Made by a program: the position numbers and the translations under genes. A stretch of DNA of 63,644 nt, filler included, from Folioceros fuciformis (lineage: Eukaryota): NCBI GenBank assembly GCA_049999805.1. It is 9 parts of 9 records of this genome, joined end to end, with 100 filler letters (N's around TTAATTAATTAA, not from the genome) between each part and the next. Parts side by side here need not be neighbours in the genome. Positions count along the whole stretch, not along the records: positions 12,056 to 22,717 come from JBNGIO010005618.1; 8 more parts are not named here. One strand, given 5' to 3'. Of the stretch, positions 12,056-22,817 are shown piece by piece (the first letter of the stretch is position 1; the number at the start of each line of letters is the position of its first letter). The notes under the pieces were generated by a model. It worked only from the letters and a program-made list of their open reading frames with translations. It ran no database searches and had not been told where the DNA came from.

Positions 12056-15000
12056 GCATACCCAATCTTCTTTGCCTTTGACTTCGTAACCCTCGGGTTG
12101 TCTCATGTATATTTCCTCTTGCAGGCGCCCATACAAATATGTTGTCTTAACATCCATTATGTGGAGTTCAAGATCATGTTGAGCACATAAGGCAAATATC
12201 ATTCGAAGTGTGGCAAATTTGGCTACTGGGGCATAAGTGGCCCAAGGCATGTAATCTAGGCCAAGAATTTGTGTAAAGCCTCTGGCTACTAGACGTGCCT
12301 TATACCTTTCTATAGAACCATCTCCTTTTCTATTAATTTTGAATACCCATTTGTTGGTTACTATCTTCCTACCCCTAGGTGGCTTGACCAATTCCCATGT
12401 AGAGTTATTAATCAAGGAATTATATTCAGAGTCTACAGCTAGCTTCCATAAGTCTTTTTCAAGAGAAGAGAACGCTTGTTTTAAGGTAAGAGGTTCTTTT
12501 GGGTCTATAGTGGCCTTGTAGACAGGTTGAGAATAAAGTGATACAGGGGGAATAGGATCATCAAAAACAGCTAGGTATCCTAAAGGAGGTTCCTTCCAAC
12601 CTGCAGGACCTGAAATAGTAGGTCAGGCTCTGAGGTTGTACCTTTGTGCAGGTGCATCATCCACAGGAGCGGGATCTACGACAGGATCTGCTGGCTCCAC
12701 AATGTCATCCTCTAGAGGGTCATCAAACTCATCATCATGAGTGTCAACTGGTGCCTCTGCTGGGATGTCAACATAAGGTTCATCTGGTTGAGTTGTACCA
12801 GGTTGTGGAATAGATGCTAACTCCTCCTCCTCTTGCATAATAGGTTCAACTAAAGGAACACGAGAAGCAAGAATGGGAACGGGAATGAGATCATCCGTAT
12901 CATCAAAATAAGAAGGGTCAATGGTCTCATCGAGAGAAGGACCAATCGGATCAGCTTCCACTGTTGGGGAAAAGAGGTAAGACTCGTGAAAAGTAACACT
13001 CCGGGCATATAAAAGTTGCCTTGTAGAAGGGTTGGATAATTTATACCCTTTGATACCTTCGGTGTAGCCAATGAAAGTGTATTTAGCTGCTTTGGGATCC
13101 AACTTCTTACGCAATGCTTTGGGAATAAAAACATATGCCGGGGATCCAAAAATTCGAAGGTGGTCAATAGAAGGCTTCTTGCCAATGAATGCTTCATATG
13201 GAGTCATACCTTGGACTGCTGATGTAGGCAATCGATTCATGAGATAGGTTGCTGTGAGGAGGGCCTCTGCCCAATAAGTCTTAGATAGCTTAGCTTGTAC
13301 CAATAAGCAACCTGTGATCTCTTGAAGGCATAGATTCTCGTTCTCGGCTACGCCATTTTGTTGAGGAGTGTAGACAACTGTAAGTTGTTGAGCTATACCT
13401 TCAACTCGACAAAACTCCTCAAATTCAGTAGATGTAAACTCTCCACCATTGTCAGAATGTAAGGTCTTGAGTTTGTTATTTGTAAGTCTCTCAGCCCATT
13501 TCATGTAGTCCTTGAAGAAGTGAAAGGCATCACTTTTGTTTTTCAGGATGTAGGAAAGGACAAAACGAGAGAAATCATCTGTGAAGGTCAAAAAATATCT
13601 ACTACCACTAAAGGAGGGTGTAGACAAGGGTCCACAAATGTCTGTGTGTACTATCTCTAAAGGTGACTTGGCCCTTTGTGGAGATTTATTTTTGAAAGGC
13701 TCTTGATGTCGTTTAGTGAGGACACAAGATTCGCACCAAGGTAGGTGTGCAACCTTTGCAAGGTAAGGGGCTCTATTTAAAGCTACCTTAGACATTTGGA
13801 TTAACTTTTGACTATAAGGATGACCAAGGCGACAATCCCAAAGCATGGTTGGGGTAGGTGTCGCAGAGTTTGGAATGGCAACATTAGCAGAATGGGTGGC
13901 TCCCACTTGTACTAACAATCTATAGAGACCATCATCTAAAATGCCTGTGCAGATTGTATTGTGTCTATCACTTATGAAAGAGAGAAGACAACTATCTGCA
14001 TAAAGGATCACCTGTAGAGTGTGTTCTAGACAAAGACTCACAGTTGATACTAGATTCTTGCACATTGATGGAACATGGAGGACTTGATGAAGATGAAGAA
14101 CCTGCCCTGAATCACATTTGAATACAACTGAACCGACACCCGCTATGGGTAGGTTGTGATCATCTCCCAGGAGGACAAACTGATGTCCTGTGGCAGGCGA
14201 GTAAGACTCAAAAGAGTTTCTCTTGTGGCAAATATGTGAAGTAGCTCCACTGTCTAAGTACCATGAGGTATTGGAGGGCTTGGAAGAAGCCAAGCACACA
14301 GTGAGCACTGTTGGAGTTGAGGAAGATTTTTTCTTCGCTGCAACGTTAGCTCTAGGTGGGGCCTCCTTCTGAGGTTCCCCATTCTTCTTCTTATGACAAT
14401 CCTTTTCCATGTGATTTGGGATTCTGCACCAATTACATATAATCCCAGTCTTCTTGTTACCTCTTGCAGGTGTTGAAGAAGATGCCTCTCCATCTTGGAA
14501 AGTATGTGTAGGATATGGGGGTCATTGGAAAGCAGAACCTCGGCCTCTGCCTCGTCCTCTTCCTCTACCCCTTTGTGAATACGTCACCTGCTGCTTGTTG
14601 GCTCTGGAGTGATGGTGACGTCTGCTTGCCTCCTCCTATAGCAATGCTCCGATAAGTTCGGAGACACTGATGTCTAGCTCTTCATTTGGATCTTCATCTG
14701 TAGCCTTTCTAACATTACGAATCACTATTTTGAGTTGTAATGAAGGCCCTGTAAGAAGGTGGCAATGAAGATAAGAGAATGACGTAAGCCTCCATCTCTG
14801 AGATAGGTACCCCAGTTGAAGATTCCAAATTGGATCATGCCAATTGAAAAGCATTAACATGATGTTTGATGGTATTGGACTCCTTCATTAAGAGGTTGCG
14901 GAAGTTATGTGAAGCTGCAACAATACTCATTACATCTCGAGATGAATATAATTGAGCAAGGTGAGTCCACATATCCTTGGAGGTCTTTGCGTGTGCGACA

Positions 15001-15317
15001 TGTCTCACCATATGTAGAGAAAGTCCACTGACCATTAAATCTTGTGCCTTCTCGTCCCTAGCGTCCTAGGAAGGTTGAAGTTCACGTTCAAATCGGGCGT
15101 GTGGCCTTGGAATTGATCCATCGACGATGCCCCAAAGGTCTCTTTGTCGCAAAGCTCCTCGCATTCTCAATGCCCAGATGTCATAATCCTTCCCATTGAA
15201 TCTGTCTTTCTCTTTGAAGCTATCACTATAATGGTAATGCAATGAAGTGTTAGCATTATCATTGCCCAATTGAGAATTAGGAGCAGCTTGTTCTACATCA
15301 TTAATCACTCCAGCCAT
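12056..15317 (-). pseudogene. Copia D gag-pol (gag, PR, IN, start of RT)
   Basis: FKEKDRFNGKDYDIWALRM; WYLDSGA; HTDICGP...DNGGEF...NGVAE; KARLVARG. Confidence 0.94.
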
Positions 15318-15328
15318 TGTAGGTGGAT

Positions 15329-15916
15329 TTAGAGGACTAGGCCTCGCTGGTACAACCTCTGATCTTCTCTATTGCACGCGCGAAACTCTTCTCTTGCATC
15401 ATAATCTGATTCGGAGGATGATAGCATGCTCTCGAATCTCTGCGCATTATCAACCTTAGAGAGAATAGACAATTTTGTCTTTACTTCAGATAATTCTCCC
15501 TTAAGATCAAAAGATTGGATTCTAAGTGTTACTAATTGATGACCAATTTCTTGAAATTTAAGAGTTTCTATGCTATTTTTGCCTTGCAAATTAGAAGATA
15601 AAGGAGTACTAATACCAGCATTCAAGTTTGGGATATGTTGGAGAGCTAATTCTAATGCCTTGACGTGAATTGGGCTAAAAACTTCTAGCAAATCATGTCT
15701 AGCTAGCTTAATAAACTTCCCTTGATTTGGTTTAGAAATTAAAATAGATGCAATGAAATTTGCTATACAAGAGGAGGTGTCTTCTATCTCTCCCTTTATA
15801 GCTTGTTGTCTTCTATTGCTTCTATTTGTTGGACTCCTAATTTGTTCTTTTTGTCTTGCAGGGCTATCTCTCTTCTTAACTCTATGCCCTCTTCTTCTAA
15901 GGGAACACAAATCCAT
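15329..15916 (-). CDS. Accessory ORF upstream of gag in copia D (195 aa; basic N-terminus plus coiled coil)
   Basis: Intact ORF whose stop lies 11 nt before the gag ATG (15317). RRRGHRVKKR N-terminus and LRIQSFDLKGELSEVKTKLSIL heptads. Confidence 0.65.
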   Translation of the reverse strand: MDLCSLRRRGHRVKKRDSPARQKEQIRSPTNRSNRRQQAIKGEIEDTSSCIANFIASILISKPNQGKFIKLARHDLLEVFSPIHVKALELALQHIPNLNAGISTPLSSNLQGKNSIETLKFQEIGHQLVTLRIQSFDLKGELSEVKTKLSILSKVDNAQRFESMLSSSESDYDAREEFRACNREDQRLYQRGLVL

Positions 15917-16302
15917 GGAAGAAGGACAAAGAATTAGTGCATAAAAGCATTGTTAGAAGAGAAATGTTAGCATAAAAGAAATGCATGCAAAGATAGCAAT
16001 TCTAGGATAAACACAATCCATCTAGGCAAATGCTATAAATATAATGGAGTTAGGGTTAGGGTCGCATAATTATATAAATAGCCAGTGTTTATTAATTAAG
16101 TCCAAACGATGGATAGCTATAGACTCGTCTAAGGGTCGTGTCCTAAATATTAAACGCCACGCTCACGGGTCACTACGAACAGGTGCCCGCATGCCTTTTA
16201 AGGCCACACGGCCCTCAATCAAGCATTCTTTCTTTTCTTCTCTTCTTGTTTCCATCTCCTCCTCGTTCGATCTTGCCATCCGCTTCATGGTATCAGAGCA
16301 GG

Positions 16303-16476
16303 ATGGACTCAGCCTCCCCTAGCGTTTGCGCGATCTACAGAAGCACAAACTGCATCAAAAACCTACCTCACTTACATTTCAGGGCAGTGATCGCCGCACT
16401 CAAGAAATCGCTAAGCCGCTTAGGGGAGATGGCTGACTCCTTTCTTGCAAGCGCCGTTGAGCACTACTATAGCTAG
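16303..16476 (+). CDS. Small first leader ORF of copia C (57 aa)
   Basis: ATG 3 nt after the PBS; MDSASPSVC...EHYYS*; stop is 11 nt before the next ATG. Confidence 0.4.
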   Translation: MDSASPSVCAIYRSTNCIKNLPHLHFRAVIAALKKSLSRLGEMADSFLASAVEHYYS

Positions 16477-16487
16477 TGCGCGTCGCT

Positions 16488-17099
16488 ATGCCGAGATTTA
16501 GAGGAAAAGACAAACAGCAGTTGGTCGATCCATTCGCGGGTGCGCCAGGAGACTCCGTCGAACTCTTGTGTCGAAGACTCACCCATTTCTTCAATTCACA
16601 CTGCAAGAACCTGCACCAGCATAGACGCACTGTCAATCAGTCCGTTCGTCACAAACCTGATCCACTACATTCTTTACACACACAAATCCGGCAAGAAATT
16701 GCACAGGCGCGTGAAATCTCTGCTCACTCTGCACGCAGGTTGGCAAGTAATCGCACCTTACTTTGTCAAGATTGCACAAATGTTATAAATTCCTATCCCT
16801 CACTTGCAACACAGCTCCTGGTCGAGGTGTATGAATTAGTAGTAATCTTGCGCAATCACATTGCAGAGTTAACCTCTAGATTCAGCAACACCAACCTCAA
16901 ATTAGACACTCTAATCTCACAAGTATCTACCCTATTAGTCCCTAAAACAATACAACCTGCTAGTGTGCACTATGGGTCAAGTACCTTACAAGAATCAATC
17001 CCACCAGTGGTCAAGAACATGCTAAGTATGGAGAAAGTCTTCGAGAACGAATTGCAAAGGAAGGAAGCAATTGAACCCTCACCGGTTCACCCACAGTAA
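16488..17099 (+). CDS. Second leader ORF of copia C (203 aa; His/Cys residues, CxxC, coiled coil)
   Basis: MPRFRGK start; HCKNLHQH...CQDC; LRNHIAELTSRFSNTNLKLDTLISQV. Stop is 8 nt before the gag-frame ATG at 17108. Confidence 0.65.
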   Translation: MPRFRGKDKQQLVDPFAGAPGDSVELLCRRLTHFFNSHCKNLHQHRRTVNQSVRHKPDPLHSLHTQIRQEIAQAREISAHSARRLASNRTLLCQDCTNVINSYPSLATQLLVEVYELVVILRNHIAELTSRFSNTNLKLDTLISQVSTLLVPKTIQPASVHYGSSTLQESIPPVVKNMLSMEKVFENELQRKEAIEPSPVHPQ

Positions 17100-20000
17100 A
17101 AGGGTATATGTCATATGGAGGTCATGGTGGTTGAGGCAGCAGACCACATAGAAACCCTCCAAGACCTGGCAGAGGTAGAGGAATTGAACAAAGTAGAAGA
17201 ACTGAAGACACAGATGATTCAAATTTAACCAAAGACTACTTCGACCCCCTCTCCTTTTCACACAATACTGTAGAGTCTAGCACATGTCCAGCCTTGTCTG
17301 CAGCACAACTCGCATAGCTTGCTCAGTTAGCACAAGTAGAACAAGCCACAAGGGCTGCACTAGCTGCTAGGATAGTGCACAACATGGCAAATCCAGGCGG
17401 GGCTGTAACAAACAACACAACAGTCCACAACCTAAAAATTGACTTTAAAGAAAAAGACTGGTTTTCAGGTTCTCACTTTGATATCTGGGCAATGAGGGTC
17501 AAAACAATCCTATGGGAGAACGGTCTTTGGGAGGTTGTAAGCGGGTAAGCTCCCAAACCTCCACAAACTGCCAGCCAGGCTGACCAGGATGCATGGGCTA
17601 AGCGTGACCTACAAGCACTAGTGGTTATTCAGTCTACACTTGACATGTCAATGATGTTGCATACTCAAGATGCAGAATCCACGAAGGCAGTTTGGGACTC
17701 ATTAACCCAAATATACCAAGTAACGAACGGCAGCTCCATTGTTCAGTCCACAAGAGCTTTCTACAACTGCCAAATGAAAGAACATGAGACAGTGGAGTAG
17801 CACGTTGCTAAATTCAGGGCGCTCAGGGCAAGGCTTACTTCAAGTGGCACGAAAATTAATGAGCTGCAAGCATCGGTTGCCCTCCTTCTCTCTTAGCTAG
17901 AAAGCTACCATATTTTTGTAAGCAATCACAGCTCGAAACTTTGAGCATCAGCAACTACAACAGCTGAAGGTCAGCCACCAAGAATCTCCCTGTCTAACCT
18001 GATCGGAGCTCTTCTGGAAGAAAAGTCCACGCATAAGGCAAGCAGGGGTGGTTCCTCCCATCGGGGAGAGGCCTCATATAGGGTGCTCTATGTTAACAGA
18101 GGCCCTTGGAAGCTGCGACCACGTCAGCCTTGGCCATCAACCAACAACACTGCTTACAAAAGACGACCTGCAGCTCCTGGCTCAAAGGAAAAAGGCCCAT
18201 GTAACTGGTGCATGATACCAGGCCACTTTGAAGCTGAGTGTAGAAAGTAAAAAGCTGGGGAGACCCGGAGGACTGCCCCACCTGCAGAGATGAACATCGC
18301 ACAACGTAAGTCCAACACCTTGCTAGTTGTGTGTTTAGTGTCATCAGAATTAGACAGAGATGCATGGTTCCTAGATTCAGGAGCCTCCGCACACTGCTGT
18401 CACACTAAGGAAGCCTTCAGTGAATACACAAAACTACCACCTGGTCAGACTGTGCTTATGGGAGATGAGAGAGCATGCCCCATAGTTGGGATGGGAACAG
18501 TACCAGTGCTGCTGCAAGATAAAACTACCATACAGCTTCGGGACGTCCTTCATGTCCCATCTGTAGTAAAGAACCTTGTGGCTCTTCTCAGATTTTCCAA
18601 ACACACACAACTGAATACCTTCTTCAGTGGCGACACCTGCATCATCACAGACCCTAAGTCAAACAACAAGGTCAAAGCTGTAGGAACACCTGTTAATGAC
18701 ATCTATAAGCTAGACTTTGCCTCTAAGCTGTGTCAGCCACACGTCAATGTCAGTCAAGCTGACCTCCAAAAACAAGATGCCATGCTTTGGCACTGCCAAC
18801 TTGGTCATGTAAATTTTGACAAGCTGAAGGACATGGTGAATGCCAACAACCTATACCGAGAAAAGTTTGTGTTGCGGTGTGCCGACAAACAGTTCTGTGA
18901 GGCCTACATTTTCGGCAAACATCACAGGCAGCCATTCACAGATGCTAATCCTACAAGAGCTAACAAGATAGTGGAGCTCATGCACTCGGACATATGTGGT
19001 CCCATGTCCACAAACACCTTCAGCGGGGCTAAATACATTCTTACATTTATTGACGACTGGAGCAAGTATGTGGTCGTGTACCTTCTTAAGCTGAAGAGCA
19101 AGACTTTGGGCTGCTTCCAAGAGTACGTGAGCTTCGCCCAACGCCAGACTGGGGAGCTCATAAAAACCCTGCGCAGCGACAATGGAGGGGAGTACTGTTC
19201 AAAGGCATTTATGGATTACTGCAAAGAGCTAGGGATATTAAGGCAACTTACTATAGCCCTCAGGCTATCTCATGTAGATAGTTTCCTCAAGCTTGCCATC
19301 AAGAAACGCCGTCTTGATGTCCATGTGCTGCAGGTTGTAGTCATACTGGGCAGCTAAAGCAAGCAAGGTGCGGATGGAGGTAGCTCGGACTACCAGAGAG
19401 AATGTCTCCGTGTAGTCCAGCCCTTCGACTTGGCTGTAGCCTTTCGGCACCAATCTGGCTTTATAGCGCGCTACTGATCCATCTGGGTTCAACTTTTTCT
19501 TGAAGACTCACTTGCACATTATTGCTTTCCTTTCAGGAGGTAGGTCTTCGAGGACCCAAGTCTTGTTGTCAACCAATGACTTGTACTCTGAATTTATTCC
19601 TTCCATCCACTGCTTGCCTTTTGTTGGATGACTGATTGCTTCTTGGTAAGAAAGAGGCTCGCTCATGTCAAGTGGTGTGCTCCCATCCTGAACCATGAAG
19701 GTGGCAGGTGAGAGTGGTGGTTGCAGCCATTCCGACCGTGATGACGTTCGCCTCCTTGTGCCAAGGTCTGTCCCTTGTCATAGAGTTTCTGAAGGAGCTG
19801 CAGCATCTTCTTGTGGTGAAACATCAGAGGGACCAGGTGAGTCAGCACGGTCCAAATCCTCTTGCATTTGTTCAGCTGTTTCTGCTGACCCAGCTTGCTG
19901 TCCATCCAGGTCATCTCTTGGGAAAGTGTTGAGCTCATCATGCGGTGGAGGTGGTGTGACAGGGACAGCTGGATGAGAAGCTATAGGTAGGTATGGCTGT

Positions 20001-20483
20001 GACCCAAGTTGTTCTACAGATGGCTAACTGTAGGTCTCACAGGAGGACGTCTCTTCTACTGACTTGTTAGTGGGATGCAAAAGGATGTGCTCATTGAAGA
20101 CGACACTACGAGCATGTGTGATGAATCTAATGTCTAGGTCAAACAACTTGTAGCCTTTTATACCTTCAGTGTACCCTATGAAGTCAAACTTGCGGGCTTT
20201 GTAGTCTAGTTTAACCCTTTGATCTTTTGAGAGATGTGCATATGCTGGGCACCCAAAGATTCTAAGGTGATTAATTCTTGGTTTACGTGATGTCCATCTC
20301 TCAAATGGGGTGGTTCCCTTGAACACACTTGTGGGCAGTCTGTTGATCACATAGACTGCTATAGAGATTGCCTCTCCCCAGTAACCACGTGACAAGCTTG
20401 ACAATTTCAGCATGGACTTTGCAGTCTTCTGCAGGCGTCGATTGGTCAGTTCAGCAATTGGATTCTATAAAGATGTGTAAGCT

Positions 20484-21588
20484 GCTAGAGCATTGTACCC
20501 AGAGCTGGTGCATCTGCAATTGAGGACACCATTATTGCACTTCGTGCCCTTCGAACCTCATGACACTATACCGCAAGATCTTCTTGACCACATGGTCGAA
20601 GAGCCTTTTTGCTTGGATAGGGTTGTTTTTGGGCATGCACTCTCTTCTGCGCCATGACTTTCTGCAGGGGGTTTGTCTGGCACAGTTTATGACCATTTTC
20701 AAGATTATTTTTCTCCTGAGGATCCCTCAAGAGATTTTTCGGAGCTTTATACACTAGCAGCTGCTGTGGCTAGGGGCGAAGTTCCCAATCGAATCTCTCA
20801 AGTTTTGGCGGCTAGTAGGCTACTTGCATTGGAAAAGCCCACCTCAGGATTGCGCCCTATTGCTATGGGGGAGGTATTTTTGCGCCTTATCAGCCGAAGT
20901 ATCGCAATTCAACTTAGGGAGTACTTCCAAGCGCATCTTGCACCCCACCAATTTGGGATTGCTACCCCAAGTGGGTGTGAATCTGTTGCTCTCGGCATCC
21001 AGGCGGCCCTTGAGTTACATCCTCACTGGGTAGCTTTGCAAGTTGATATTGAGAATGCTTTCAACACCATCTCTAGGGTCGCCATGTTCTCAGAGCTCAA
21101 GAGTGCAGGAGGTCAAATGGCAAGTCTTATCCCTTTTGTTCACTCCTTCTATGGCTCGCCATCCAAGGTCTACTACCAACAAAGCCCGACTATTGAGAGG
21201 GTCTCAGTTTTTGATTCAGCAAAAGGCACAAGGCAAGGGGATCCACTAGGGGGTGCTCTTTTGCAATGGCGCATTTTCGTGCATTGTCTTCTACTGCCTT
21301 AGCATTTCGGGAATGCCTTTTCCCTTCCGTGACTATGACACTCATATTCTTGGGCAAGGAGTCATAGTCAAAGCAGCATTTGATTTCTTCTCATCAGAGC
21401 TCTCTAAGGTGGGGTTGCGGGTCAAGCTATCTAAATGTAGGGTTTGGTCCCCTTCAAGCATCACTCCCTCCCTTCAATATTTGGGGGGGGATATCACCCC
21501 CTCGCAGGGACTTCGAGTCTTGGGTGTGCCTGTGGGACCTCCTGATTTTGTTCATAGGTTTGTGGATGAAGCATTGAACACTATCTAA
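20484..21588 (+). mobile_element. Non-LTR retrotransposon RT fragment, CRE/R2-group-like
   Basis: RLLALEKPTSGLRPIAMGEVFLRL, HQFGI, VDIENAFN, GTRQGDPLG, LRVLGVPVG; catalytic DD region frameshifted. Confidence 0.8.
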
Positions 21589-21977
21589 CTCAGACGGTCG
21601 TATTCCGCCATTTCGGGCTTCGAGATATTTTGATGCTTAAAAATCGTGTCGCTTAAAAATCGTGTCCTGTGTTTTTGTCTAGAGAACCCGAAATGTGGCG
21701 AAAAAAAGTGTTCATTATAAACGTAATCATCAATTGGTTCCAAAATAGTAGCAAATTTGCAGGTGTTATTGCAAAAAAATACACGACAAAACCCAATAAT
21801 ATGGCAGGTACTACGTAATTCGCGTGTTATCGGATTCCATGTAAGGTCATAGGTGTTTGAGCGATACCTCACAGTAGGTGATCATATTTCTCATAATTAT
21901 CAATTGTAGATATCTATAACCCTTTTTCAGAAATAGTGGTGAAATAGAACGCACGTAACACAGCGCGGAACAAGCGG

Positions 21978-22003
21978 GAGTGCGCCGGTAGACCGGCGCA
22001 CTC
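21978..22003. repeat. Perfect 12-bp inverted repeat
   Basis: GAGTGCGCCGGT-ag-ACCGGCGCACTC, with a third half-site GACCGGCGCAC at about 22024. Confidence 0.9.
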
Positions 22004-22137
22004 TTAAGAAAAAAGGCGGCGTTGACCGGCGCACACTACCATAGGCACAAATATGTCAAGTGGAAAACGGAACCTGACTGTCGCCACATACCAAAATTAT
22101 CAAATCATTTTGTACTAAACACTTTCATCTGAAAGTC

Positions 22138-22717
22138 TTACAAGTTTTCATTATTCTCAAGAGGCAATATACCCTGGTCGCGATTGAGGACGTATAGGTT
22201 CCTGCGAATGAGAGTCCTCGTTCGAGAGGGAAGCTGTTTTTGGCGTGTCAAGTTAAATCCAAATGCTAGAATAAAAGTGTCTTCAATGAATAAGGTATCT
22301 ACGTGCTTCCAAAGTCTTCTACTTGACCTGCTCTGCAACCACCCCATAACCCTCTTGGCGGAGCTTCATCTAGTACAATCATCTCTTCTTGGTAATGACC
22401 CTCAAAAGCATCTGAACATTTGGTTACCCACCAGTGCACTTTGACATATGGTTTTTCGCATGTAATACTTGCCTCTAAGACTTTGGCAATCCAAAATGGC
22501 ATGTTGTCTTCGTCAGTCTCGCAAGGAACTGCAATCATATGCCCTTTTTCTATTTCGATTATATCCCCGTTCAAACTCTCGCGGTCGTCATTGAAGTTCG
22601 TCTCCCTACAGTATGCCCCCACATACATGTTTCTTTTGGGAATCTCACGGATGCGTGGATGGTGAACAACCATTTCGTCTGGTACAATAATGGGTGTGTT
22701 CAATATTTCTGCCGCCT
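22138..22717 (-). pseudogene. C-terminal fragment of an unknown protein with a Tudor/SH3-like beta pattern (possibly DNA-transposon associated)
   Basis: GHMIAV...PFWIAKVL...VKVHWW, then a frameshifted FNLTRQKQLP...T segment; runs into the gap. Confidence 0.45.
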
Positions 22718-22817
22718 NNNNNNNNNNNNNNNNNNNNNNNNNNNNNNNNNNNNNNNNNNNNTTAATTAATTAANNNNNNNNNNNNNNNNNNNNNNNNNNN
22801 NNNNNNNNNNNNNNNNN

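Larger units (their letters stand above)
16045..20483 (+). mobile_element. Ty1/copia family C, inserted in the leader of D; 3' part inverted
   Basis: LTR ~16045-16287 (TG...CA), PBS 16288-16299, two extra ORFs, gag from 17108, PR WFLDSGA, IN to ~19257. IN end and RT start continue on the minus strand at 19258-20483. Confidence 0.9.

Noticed and set aside
8088-17099. Calling the extra ORFs env-like
   Set aside because: They are 5' of gag and lack an evident signal peptide or transmembrane anchor.
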